A DNA stretch of 42,076 nucleotides from a virus (IMGVR_UViG_3300033808_000078:1-42076), one strand, 5' to 3'. Shown: positions 1-8,280, counted from the first letter of the stretch. Numbers and translations: made by a program. The notes: generated by a model from the sequence alone, not told the origin.

Positions 1-175
1 GTTCTACGTCGGCCCAGGCGGATCTTTTTGGATTGCCTGCGATGGCCTTGTCGAGTGACGTTTCTGGCATCGTAGTCACCGTGCGAGTGCGGGCAAAACA
101 GGTTACAGCCAGCGCGAGAAACCTCGCAGGAAGGCTCAGGGTATTCGGCACGGACTATGATGCGACAGCGATCAC
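1..175. repeat. Terminal overlap (identical to 41902-42076 apart from 2 substitutions); circular contig
   Basis: 1-175 matches 41902-42076 except A128/G42029 and C135/A42036; the reading frame continues across the junction. Confidence 0.95.
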
Positions 176-926
176 GCCCGCAACTACCTTCACCGGATAC
201 GACTTCGTCTGGCTACAGAACCCCTACTCGGGGGCTGCATGGCAGTACAACGAAGCCGGCCCGCCCGCCGACGACCTGACACTCGCAAACACTGCGGGAA
301 CGGCATCCGCTGACTATTATTATGCGAGCTCTGTTCCTGCGCAGGCGTTTGACAATAACCTCGGCACCAACTGGGACACCTATGGTTCGGCTCTTCCGCA
401 CTGGCTGCAATTCCTATTCAGCTCGGCAAAGAAGGTGCTGGGGTACACCCTCGTTGGATACAGCAATCCAAGCTATAGCCCGACGGCGTGGACGATCCAG
501 GGCTCAAATAATGGGAGCAGTTGGACGACGCTCGACACGAGGTCCGGGATCTCATGGTCTGCCAACGAAAAGAAGTGGTTCAAAGTCGCAACTCCAGGGA
601 CCTATACGTATTATCGCATTTATATCACGGCAGGCGGCGTCTCTGGAGAAGTGATAATTGTGGAGATGGAATATTTTGATGGCCTCTTTATAAATGGTTT
701 CGGATACTCGACTCCGGCAGATGCGGGTGGACACGAGGTGGATGTAAGCCAATGCTACCTGAAAAGTTCGAACAGCACCACTGGCATGACCTGCGATTAT
801 ACCCCAACTCGATGCGCAGCCCTAAACAACCGGGCAAATTTTGGGGGTTTTTTTTACATTCCGGAGATGGCGGTTAAACAGTTCTGGTGGGGAACTAAGC
901 AGAAAATATTCACGGGGCCATATTAG
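1..926 (+). CDS. C-terminal part of tail hub / minor tail protein L-like protein (gene starts at 40872 and wraps; about 651 aa)
   Basis: Same frame as the ORF from 40872; F5/8 type C-like domain (QAFDNNLGTNW..PHWLQF..PTAWTIQGSNNGSSW..YTYYRIYIT); gpL-type end CDYTPTRC..NFGGF. Confidence 0.85.
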   Translation, partial: STSAQADLFGLPAMALSSDVSGIVVTVRVRAKQVTASARNLAGRLRVFGTDYDATAITPATTFTGYDFVWLQNPYSGAAWQYNEAGPPADDLTLANTAGTASADYYYASSVPAQAFDNNLGTNWDTYGSALPHWLQFLFSSAKKVLGYTLVGYSNPSYSPTAWTIQGSNNGSSWTTLDTRSGISWSANEKKWFKVATPGTYTYYRIYITAGGVSGEVIIVEMEYFDGLFINGFGYSTPADAGGHEVDVSQCYLKSSNSTTGMTCDYTPTRCAALNNRANFGGFFYIPEMAVKQFWWGTKQKIFTGPY

Positions 927-927
927 G

Positions 928-1461
928 ATGCCAGCGGACAAAGCAGTGGCTGAAGCTATAACGAAAATGATCGACAAGCCCTACTATCTCGGAGACGAGT
1001 CGAAAGGGCTTGATTGCCTCAACTCGCTAAAGAACTTTTACGAGGATTGTGGCTTCAGGTTCCCGCGCGAATACTGTCAATGGAGTGAAACCAACTATCG
1101 CCAAAAATGGATGGACGACGTTGAGGAGGGTAGGGCCGCGTTCTGGGACTTTCTTCATACACTCGGAACGCGCGTCGAAAAAAATTACATTATTCGTGGC
1201 GACCTTCTGATTTTTCGGAAAGATCCCCCCTTGGAGTCGATCAAGGATGCGCGGGTGATTTCAGCTCTCAATTCCGTTCTCGATATTATGCCCTTTATGA
1301 AAAAATTCATCCGGAACGTTATCGCAGGGAAGCAGATTTTAACTTTCCCTGGGATCTATACGGGCAATGGGAACTGTTTCATGGTTTTCGACAGGGGGGC
1401 AAGGCAGGTCCCTCTCAGGCTCTTCGAAAAGTATCTCGTCGAGGCGCGGAGGCTAATTTGA
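928..1461 (+). CDS. NlpC/P60-fold tail-tip protein (gpK-like), catalytic His apparently lost
   Basis: KPYYLG..GLDC..RGDLLIF..PGIYTGNG; located between L-like and J-like genes. Confidence 0.7.
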   Translation: MPADKAVAEAITKMIDKPYYLGDESKGLDCLNSLKNFYEDCGFRFPREYCQWSETNYRQKWMDDVEEGRAAFWDFLHTLGTRVEKNYIIRGDLLIFRKDPPLESIKDARVISALNSVLDIMPFMKKFIRNVIAGKQILTFPGIYTGNGNCFMVFDRGARQVPLRLFEKYLVEARRLI

Positions 1462-2105
1462 GCCGAAAGATCATCGATATGTCCCTTGAAACAAATTTTG
1501 GAATCCGCCAGCGGCGCAGGCCTCTGATTCCTCTCTATCGGCCAAACGATGTCATCTCGGGACTCACGGCAATTGTCTCAGCAGTGATAGGTGCAATATC
1601 AGGAACTTCAGCTGCTGCCGTCTCGGGTGTCATCATAGGAGGTGTGCTTATTTCCTCGACGGCCATCGCCTATGGCGTCGTCATTGCCGCAGTGATCGGC
1701 CTGACCGTCTGGAGCATGACCGCAGGCGGTAAGAGCGGATCATCGTCCGGCGGTGCCCTGGGTCTGGGGGCGGGCACCCATGCTATCGAGCAGAATGGGC
1801 AACTCGTCAACACGAGGCAGAGTTCCAAGGTGCTCCTTGTTGTCTATGGAATCTACAGGGTGGGCGGAAACTGGGTATTCTCTAGGCCTTCGTCCAGTAA
1901 CAACAATATTCTAAATGCAGTGATCACTTGGGGCGAAGGCGACATCGAGGGGTTGGCACCCGCGATTGATTTTACACCGCTTTACTCCGGAAACGCTCTA
2001 AATGATATTCACACGGGTGGGGCGTATGTTCCTAGTGATAGCTGTAGCTGCTATGGGCAATATGGACGCACGGCTTGCCAGACTTGCGATGTGGCGCACT
2101 ATTAA
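1458..2105 (+). CDS. Tail tip gpJ-like protein, N-terminal part, ending in a Cys-rich segment
   Basis: Hydrophobic Gly/Ala N-terminus, LLVVYGIYRVGGN..WGEGDIEG motif typical of the gpI/J N-region. Confidence 0.75.
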   Translation: MSRKIIDMSLETNFGIRQRRRPLIPLYRPNDVISGLTAIVSAVIGAISGTSAAAVSGVIIGGVLISSTAIAYGVVIAAVIGLTVWSMTAGGKSGSSSGGALGLGAGTHAIEQNGQLVNTRQSSKVLLVVYGIYRVGGNWVFSRPSSSNNNILNAVITWGEGDIEGLAPAIDFTPLYSGNALNDIHTGGAYVPSDSCSCYGQYGRTACQTCDVAHY

Positions 2106-2123
2106 GGAGGCTATGAACGAATA

Positions 2124-3440
2124 ATGGGTTGCGATACCTGCACTACTTATTGCCTCGATTATCCTCCTCCGCCCCCGCCTTGCTCCGTTTGCGACATGGC
2201 GTGCAACGGATACAGTTGCACCTGCGACGGCCCTTGTTATGGTTACTCAACGTCGACGAAGTATCGCGTTCAAATTGATGCGACTGGAACTCCTGACACA
2301 TTTAAATGGTCCAAGGATGGAGGGAACACGTGGAGCGCGACGGGCGTAGTGATTACCGGCGGATGGCAGACCTTGAACAATGGCGTCCAGATAAGCTTCG
2401 ATTCGACCACTGGTCACGCGCTCTCCGATTATTGGGATTTTTGGGCGGGCGACGGCGTCTGGGCAGGCGAAAGGCTAATATATTACTACAAGAATTATGG
2501 CGGCAATGATCTTATCTACCATTCCCTTCATCCCGGTACAGCCGGCCAAACGGTCGATTCAGCCCTCCAAGCGGAAGTTCCCGAATGGAATGAGGTAATG
2601 CCATACACGGCCTATTCCTATTTTCGGCTCACCTACGATGCGAATGCCTGGCAGGGAATCCCCGATTTTACGGCCCTCCTTAAAGGCAAGAAGCTCTACG
2701 ATCCAAGGAACGGCATGACGGCCTTCAGCCGCAACCCTGCGCTTGTCTGGCTTGATTTCTTGACGTCCGTTCGCTATGGGCTGGGTGTCCCGATCAGCAC
2801 TGTCAATTTGCAGAGCGTCATGAGCGCGGCGAATTGGTGTGATGCTAATAATTATTTTTTTGACGGTGCGATCATGGACAGGCAGGCCTTCATCGACAAC
2901 TTCGAAGAGCTGATGATGAACTTTCGGGCCTTCACCGTTTATAGCGAAGGAATCTATTATCTGAAGATCTTCACTTACGATGCCCCAGTGATGGCGCTTA
3001 CCGCTAGCGATATAGAAATATCTCCGGAATCGTTTACGATTAATAAAGCGGGGATTCCCGACACGCCCAATGCGGCCAAGGTGACTTTCACGGACGCCTC
3101 GAATAACTACACGGCCCAATATACTCAGGCGCAGGACCTGACCCAGATCGGTTACGATGCAGATCCAAGAGTTAAAGAGGTACTTCTAAAGGGGACGACG
3201 TCGCTGGCTCAGGCGGCTAGCCTCGCAAAGTATTGCTTGCTGCGCAATGAATTCAATACCGAATATGTACTCGTGGCTCATCCGCGATGCTATGTGCTCG
3301 AGCCTGGAGACATGATAACCGTGACGCATGAATTTCCAAACTGGAACAATAAGCTGGTCAGAGTCAAAGAGGTAACCTATCCCGCTTCTGGGATGATCAC
3401 CTTAACCTTAATGGACGAGGACTCTTCGATCTATGCCTGA
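2124..3440 (+). CDS. Tail tip gpJ-like protein, second part, starting with Cys-rich repeats
   Basis: LKGKKLYDPR..SRNPALVWLDFLTSVRYGLG, AANWCD, LEPGDMITVTH; AAGGAGG at 2104-2110; same frame as 1458-2105. Confidence 0.85.
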   Translation: MGCDTCTTYCLDYPPPPPPCSVCDMACNGYSCTCDGPCYGYSTSTKYRVQIDATGTPDTFKWSKDGGNTWSATGVVITGGWQTLNNGVQISFDSTTGHALSDYWDFWAGDGVWAGERLIYYYKNYGGNDLIYHSLHPGTAGQTVDSALQAEVPEWNEVMPYTAYSYFRLTYDANAWQGIPDFTALLKGKKLYDPRNGMTAFSRNPALVWLDFLTSVRYGLGVPISTVNLQSVMSAANWCDANNYFFDGAIMDRQAFIDNFEELMMNFRAFTVYSEGIYYLKIFTYDAPVMALTASDIEISPESFTINKAGIPDTPNAAKVTFTDASNNYTAQYTQAQDLTQIGYDADPRVKEVLLKGTTSLAQAASLAKYCLLRNEFNTEYVLVAHPRCYVLEPGDMITVTHEFPNWNNKLVRVKEVTYPASGMITLTLMDEDSSIYA

Positions 3441-4173
3441 TATCGAAGGAATTTCCGACAAGACGCCAAGAAAAGCGCGAAGATTTTTCGATCGATTTCT
3501 CCTTAAGCCACTGAGGTTCGGCCAGTTTGATTTAATGGATTTTCACGACACGCCCTCGGAGGTCAGGGAAGCCGTAGCCCAAATCGTCGAAAGTGATCCA
3601 AGCCTGCCGAGCCAAAGTACCTACCATGTCGATATTGGGACTTCTATGCGCCTCCGTTTCAGGCTCTTCGTGCTTAAAGACGGCAATCCGATGATGAGGG
3701 TCTCCTATGATGAGCTGACCGGAGGCCCCTGGGGCTACGGATTAGGAGACTTCAAGGTCATGCGCTACGTTTTTCCGGAATTTCGCGGGGCGGCAATAGT
3801 CGGCCTCGCAGACTGCGTCATTAAATACTTGGGGATGAAGGCCGGCGTCTTTAAACGGCTTTACGGATTCTACAAGGTCGCCGAAGGCACAGTCGACTCA
3901 GCCGTGTGGAGTTTGGTCTCGGATCTCACGGCAGGCAATCTTTGCGCACCCGCGCACTTCCTGGATGGCCAACCAGGTTCCGCTCAGATTAGAAACCTGA
4001 CCTATGTTCGGACGGTCGCTACGGAGAAGGGATCCTTCGTGATCTTCGAAAGCAGGGCTGAGGACTTGGATCAGTTCACCCAATATCTGCGGATGACGCC
4101 CCTGGCCGATCATATCGATGAGCTGGACAATGTGGCCGATACAATGATCAAGGCCAGGATAGGAGCCACATGA
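3433..4173 (+). CDS. Hypothetical protein, possible GNAT-fold acyltransferase
   Basis: YVFPEFRG resembles GNAT motif A (VxPxxRGxG); coupled to the upstream gene. Confidence 0.45.
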   Translation: MPDIEGISDKTPRKARRFFDRFLLKPLRFGQFDLMDFHDTPSEVREAVAQIVESDPSLPSQSTYHVDIGTSMRLRFRLFVLKDGNPMMRVSYDELTGGPWGYGLGDFKVMRYVFPEFRGAAIVGLADCVIKYLGMKAGVFKRLYGFYKVAEGTVDSAVWSLVSDLTAGNLCAPAHFLDGQPGSAQIRNLTYVRTVATEKGSFVIFESRAEDLDQFTQYLRMTPLADHIDELDNVADTMIKARIGAT

Positions 4174-4343
4174 CTGGATCCATTGAGGATCGAATTTTGA
4201 AATGGCTCCAAGCACGCCAAAATCAAAGGCGCTATGCCATCAAAGAAGTCGGCTACCAAGATTGTATGAATCTGCTCCACGTGCTTAGCGAGAGGATGAA
4301 AAGAATGGAAAAGAAGATGAAGCGATTGGCGAAGGCGGCTTGA
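4170..4343 (+). CDS. 57-aa hypothetical protein with C-terminal coiled coil (not in ORF track)
   Basis: AGGAG RBS, ATGA overlap; MTGSIEDRILKW...LLHVLSERMKRMEKKMKRLAKAA. Confidence 0.6.
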   Translation: MTGSIEDRILKWLQARQNQRRYAIKEVGYQDCMNLLHVLSERMKRMEKKMKRLAKAA

Positions 4344-4345
4344 CT

Positions 4346-5563
4346 ATGCTGCACCCAATCCTATATGCGACGCTTAACCTGACCCGAAACTGCAATCTCG
4401 CTTGTTCCTATTGCTTCAATTGGGGTAAAGGCAAGGGGCGAATGAATCTTGACACTGGAAAGAGATCGATCGACTTTCTTCTCAGGAACGCCCGTGAGGC
4501 CGACGAGATCTCTCTTCGCGGAAAAGGACGCCAGGTTGAATTACAGTTTTGGGGAGGGGAGCCACTGATTGAGTGGCCTCTGCTGAAGGACCTCGTGCAT
4601 TACGCTAAAAAAGCAAGCAAAGAGATTCCGGTTCGCTTCGGCGGCACGACCAATGGGACGCTTTTCACGCCGGATAAATTTACCTTCCTCAAAGAAAACC
4701 AGATCCATTTCGTCATCTCTTTCGACGGGACCCCGCAATCCCATGATACGCATAGGCGTTTCCGCAATGGAGGAGGATCCCACGCGACCATCGCCAGAAA
4801 TATTGAGGCTGGTCTGAAAATCTTCCCAGGCCTTCGGGTCCGGATGTCGCCATTTGCCGAAGGAATTGATCGATTCTATGAGGACGTAGCCTACATCATC
4901 GCCCTGGGGATTAGGCAGCTCATGTTTAGTCCAGTCTATGAATCTGGATGGACCGCAGAACGTTGGCAGACTTTCGACGCCCAGTGCCAGCAAGTCACGG
5001 ACCTTCTCCTGGCGCAGAGAGGCAAAGGCGATCCAGTTGAGATCGAGCACTACAAGAGCTATGCGAAATCAGATTCTTCACACTGGCCATGCGGCGCAGG
5101 TCGGACGTTTGTTGGAATCGATGTTGATGGATCCATTTATCCTTGCCATCGGTTTATAAAATTCAACGATGCGCGTCCATGGCATCTTCGGCCTACCTCA
5201 ATCGGCCATATAGATTTTGGGATCACGAATCCAGAATTTCGGAAAAGCTTTATTGATCGCAGGCCGACGAAATGCAACACATGCGGGTACGATAAGATCA
5301 CTCCTTGTCACGGCGGCTGCTACGCGGTGAATTACGACCTGACCGGCCATATCGCCACGCCGCCGGAGGTCCTTTGTAGATCGGTCGAGATCCAGTCGAC
5401 GATCTCACGGTCCTATCGTGAAAAATTTGGTCCAAAGGGATTTCCAGAAGCGGTCCACGTGCCGCCGACAAAACCCTCCGCATCAGGGATCATGGCCGTG
5501 GTCAAGCAAATGGAGGCCAGGATATCGGCGCTCGATAAGGTTCTCTCTCATGATGCGAATTAA
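4346..5563 (+). CDS. Radical SAM/SPASM-domain protein (anSME / thioether peptide maturase-like)
   Basis: CNLACSYC (CxxxCxxC), FWGGEPL, TTNGTL, ISFDG; SPASM CGAG..DGSIYPCHRF..CNTC..CHGGC..C. Confidence 0.95.
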   Translation: MLHPILYATLNLTRNCNLACSYCFNWGKGKGRMNLDTGKRSIDFLLRNAREADEISLRGKGRQVELQFWGGEPLIEWPLLKDLVHYAKKASKEIPVRFGGTTNGTLFTPDKFTFLKENQIHFVISFDGTPQSHDTHRRFRNGGGSHATIARNIEAGLKIFPGLRVRMSPFAEGIDRFYEDVAYIIALGIRQLMFSPVYESGWTAERWQTFDAQCQQVTDLLLAQRGKGDPVEIEHYKSYAKSDSSHWPCGAGRTFVGIDVDGSIYPCHRFIKFNDARPWHLRPTSIGHIDFGITNPEFRKSFIDRRPTKCNTCGYDKITPCHGGCYAVNYDLTGHIATPPEVLCRSVEIQSTISRSYREKFGPKGFPEAVHVPPTKPSASGIMAVVKQMEARISALDKVLSHDAN

Positions 5564-5577
5564 AAAAAGGATGGGGG

Positions 5578-6198
5578 ATGTTTGTTCCGGAAGGGCAAAA
5601 AGAAGCGAGGGGAGGCCGTGCAGCGATTCCGTCGGCTTTTTTCGCGCTCTTGGCCGTTCTCTTTCTCGTGGCGGTCCACTGGAATGACGAAGGAACCCAA
5701 AGACAGTCAGTCTATCAAGAAGCCATTGCCACAGAGGAAAACATACAGAGAGACGAGATGGAGCCAGGGCCCTTTAGAGACTGGACTAGTCACGAAGAAA
5801 GAATTAGGTTCATCAAGGTCGTGATGGCCTTTGAGGGAACGCCCTACAAGGCCGGCGGAAATACGGCGAGCGGGATGGATTGTTCCGGGTTGGTTTACAT
5901 CGCTTACAGAATTTTTGACGTGACGCTTCCCAGGACCGTGGCCCGCCAGTTCTGCATCGGAAGAAAGATCAGGCGCGATGAGCTTGAAGAGGGCGATCTT
6001 GTCTTCTTTAATGGCTTTGAAAAGGCGAACCATGTGGGCATTTACCTCGGCGACGGGAAATTCATCCACGCCTCTTCGACCGCGAAAAAACTCAGGATCG
6101 ATTTTCTCGCCTCGCCATGGCAGTACAAACACTTTCTCGGGGCAGTCCGCATCCGAGAACTGAAAGAGCCGAAAAAAGGCTCAAGAGAGACGAGATAA
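5578..6198 (+). CDS. NlpC/P60 (C40) cell-wall peptidase with N-terminal membrane anchor
   Basis: GTPYKAGG..GMDCSG..GDLVFF..HVGIYLGDGKFIHAS, intact C-H-H triad. Confidence 0.9.
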   Translation: MFVPEGQKEARGGRAAIPSAFFALLAVLFLVAVHWNDEGTQRQSVYQEAIATEENIQRDEMEPGPFRDWTSHEERIRFIKVVMAFEGTPYKAGGNTASGMDCSGLVYIAYRIFDVTLPRTVARQFCIGRKIRRDELEEGDLVFFNGFEKANHVGIYLGDGKFIHASSTAKKLRIDFLASPWQYKHFLGAVRIRELKEPKKGSRETR

Positions 6199-6609
6199 AT
6201 GGTCGGCGAAAGGGAAAAATGGTTCCTCATGTGCCCCAAGTGTGGAGAGATCCAAGCTGACATCAGACACGCGAGGCAGGAAATGGAAGAAAGAAAAGCG
6301 GCAGAGAAGAAATTTTTCGAAAAGCTCGACGATCTCCTGAGAGCAATTGCGAATACGCCTTCGACTAAAACTCTTCTGGCTCTAGTCACACTGGTGGCAA
6401 TGATAGGCGGGATCGTAGCGACGCTTATTTACTATTCTCATCGCGATCGAATGGCAAGCCTCGAGGCGGCACAGACGGCGATAAATCTAAAAATCGACAA
6501 GAACCAGACTGACCTATTCGAGAAGATCGACAGGCTAAGAGACGCCCAAACCTTTGGGAAGGCGGGCTACGCCCCCCCGAAAAAGAAACGCCCGGAGGAC
6601 ACCCCTTGA
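6199..6609 (+). CDS. Single-TM coiled-coil protein of the lysis region (holin-like?)
   Basis: One hydrophobic helix LLALVTLVAMIGGIVATLIYY. Confidence 0.55.
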   Translation: MVGEREKWFLMCPKCGEIQADIRHARQEMEERKAAEKKFFEKLDDLLRAIANTPSTKTLLALVTLVAMIGGIVATLIYYSHRDRMASLEAAQTAINLKIDKNQTDLFEKIDRLRDAQTFGKAGYAPPKKKRPEDTP

Positions 6610-6791
6610 GAATTAATAGGATCGGATTAAACGTCGGATATGACAAGTTTCTTATCATCGAAGGTTGGGCCTACCGCGGGCGCAAGCTTCTCGAAAATGG
6701 GGAAGAGGAAAAAGCAAAGAGTTGCGCAAAGCGTATCAGCGAAGAGTTGAAAATTCTTAAAGTAATTCTGAAGCTCGAGGAGAACGAATGA
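6606..6791 (+). CDS. Hypothetical protein
   Basis: GGAGG RBS; overlaps both neighbours by 4 nt. Confidence 0.5.
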   Translation: MRINRIGLNVGYDKFLIIEGWAYRGRKLLENGEEEKAKSCAKRISEELKILKVILKLEENE

Positions 6792-7144
6792 AAAGGCCAG
6801 AATTCACGGCAAACATATGCAAGCTTATTTTGAGGATGATCGAAGAGGGCGAGAATCCCATTGGATGCGACTGGTGGCGATCCCTGCAATGACAGCAGGC
6901 TGACTTTGCCGTGGGCAGAGACGAGCACGGAAACATAACCGGACCGACAATTACGAACTGCGATGGCATTAAAAATGTATCGGGGCATCAATCGGGCAAA
7001 GCCCTGGACATTAACTTTCTCTCCGATGACAATTCGAAGCTTCTTGATGCGCCGAAAAAGGGCTGGACGTATTGGCACAATGTAGCCGTGGAAATGGATT
7101 TCGGGAGAGAAATAGGTTGGGACAAAGATCACTTTGAGGGTTGA
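6788..7144 (+). CDS. Endolysin, peptidase M15 family, with in-frame TGA at 6890-6892 (codon 35; putative Sec)
   Basis: MKRPEFT..DWWRSLQ*QQADFAVGR..TNCDG..SGHQSGKALD..WDKDHFE; Zn motifs SxH-x6-D and DxxH intact; ATGA-coupled start. Confidence 0.85.
6904..6920 (+). promoter_or_regulatory. Putative bacterial SECIS hairpin
   Basis: CTTTGCC-GTG-GGCAGAG 7-bp stem starting 11 nt after the TGA, loop begins GU. Confidence 0.55.
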
Positions 7145-7160
7145 AAGGAGGTGATACTGG

Positions 7161-7340
7161 ATGAATACGGATCTCGCAACGAGCGTGGCAGGGGCAGTCG
7201 CGGCGATATGTGGAATCCTCGCATATTTCAACGTCATCGTTCCGCAGCCGGTAAGTGCTGCAATAGGAGCCGTGGCGGTCGGCGTCCTCGGCTATTTCAC
7301 AAACAAAGCATCTAAGCCCAAGCCTCCGCCGCAGCCATAG
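7161..7340 (+). CDS. Holin-like 59-aa two-TM protein (not in ORF track)
   Basis: AAGGAGGTGA RBS; two hydrophobic helices and basic tail; directly after the endolysin. Confidence 0.7.
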   Translation: MNTDLATSVAGAVAAICGILAYFNVIVPQPVSAAIGAVAVGVLGYFTNKASKPKPPPQP

Positions 7341-7384
7341 CGGAGCGGAAAATATTCCAAAAAATATTTCAAAGGAGGTAGAGA

Positions 7385-7846
7385 ATGAAAAAAATTCTAT
7401 TCATTGTCCTGATCGTCCTTTTTTGGGCATTGCCGGCCCTAGCGCAAACTCCGACGCCCTCGCCGACACCGGCTCCATCCAGCGCCCCTACGGTTTCCGA
7501 TCTTCAAACTGTTTTCGGTTCATTCAACATCGGCACGGATCTTGTCTATCTGCCAAGGGCCAGGCAGTGGGAGGTGGGCGGCGGTGCGAACCTCGTCACC
7601 TGGAAGAATCTGCTCAATCTGCGTTTTCAGGTCGCCCAAGGCGCAACTGGGAGCCCCTTCTTCGGCGGCGGCATCAATGTGAATCTAGTGTCGCTTGCCA
7701 ACTTAACAGGGACGAACATCCAGCTCAGCGGTGTGATGAAAGCACTCAACCCAGCGATCGGAATAATGCCCGGGTATAACAGCACTCCCGGGGCAAAGAG
7801 ATTCGATTACGCAGTTGTGCTCAGCGTCATTGGCGTCACGTTCTAG
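7385..7846 (+). CDS. Secreted, probable small outer-membrane beta-barrel protein
   Basis: Signal peptide (..PALA), Pro/Thr linker, amphipathic strands, C-terminal VIGVTF. Confidence 0.55.
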   Translation: MKKILFIVLIVLFWALPALAQTPTPSPTPAPSSAPTVSDLQTVFGSFNIGTDLVYLPRARQWEVGGGANLVTWKNLLNLRFQVAQGATGSPFFGGGINVNLVSLANLTGTNIQLSGVMKALNPAIGIMPGYNSTPGAKRFDYAVVLSVIGVTF

Positions 7847-7871
7847 CCGGTGGCGGCCAAAGGGGAAAAAC

Positions 7872-8129
7872 ATGGATGCAACTCAAGTCATAGGCCTTAT
7901 TGCGCCCATTTTACAAACCGGACCCGTCGCAAGCATCGCCGGTGCACTAAATGAAGGGCTTAAATTGGTTAATCATCTCACCAGGGACGATCCAATAAAG
8001 CAGGCGAAAGCGCAAAGAGAATATTTGATGAGCCTAGACCTGATTGTGAAGGAGGTGCAGAATGCGGCGAAAGGCGAGGACGTATCTGCTTATCTGGATG
8101 CTTTCAGCAAACTGCTTGATTCTAAGTAG
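7872..8129 (+). CDS. Putative i-spanin (Rz-like)
   Basis: Hydrophobic N-terminus, helical body; overlaps a lipoprotein gene. Confidence 0.45.
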   Translation: MDATQVIGLIAPILQTGPVASIAGALNEGLKLVNHLTRDDPIKQAKAQREYLMSLDLIVKEVQNAAKGEDVSAYLDAFSKLLDSK

Positions 8130-8280
8130 TTGCGCGATGACCAGGCCGGAAATAATCTACAAAAACGTTCCGGAAGGGTACGTGGTGGTAAGCAAAGAGG
8201 CGCTGGCTGGGACGCTGCAATCGTGCGAGAGGTGCAAATCGGAGCTGCTAGATTGTTTGGGGAAATTGCCCCCCAAGTGA
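8062..8280 (+). CDS. Putative o-spanin lipoprotein (Rz1-like)
   Basis: AAGGAGG RBS, lipobox LSSC, overlaps the 3' end of the upstream gene. Confidence 0.6.
   Translation: MRRKARTYLLIWMLSANCLILSSCAMTRPEIIYKNVPEGYVVVSKEALAGTLQSCERCKSELLDCLGKLPPK

Noticed and set aside
6911-7144. 77-aa stand-alone lysin starting at GTG 6911
   Set aside because: No RBS, and it lacks the N-terminal helix and conserved Arg, which lie upstream of the TGA in the same frame
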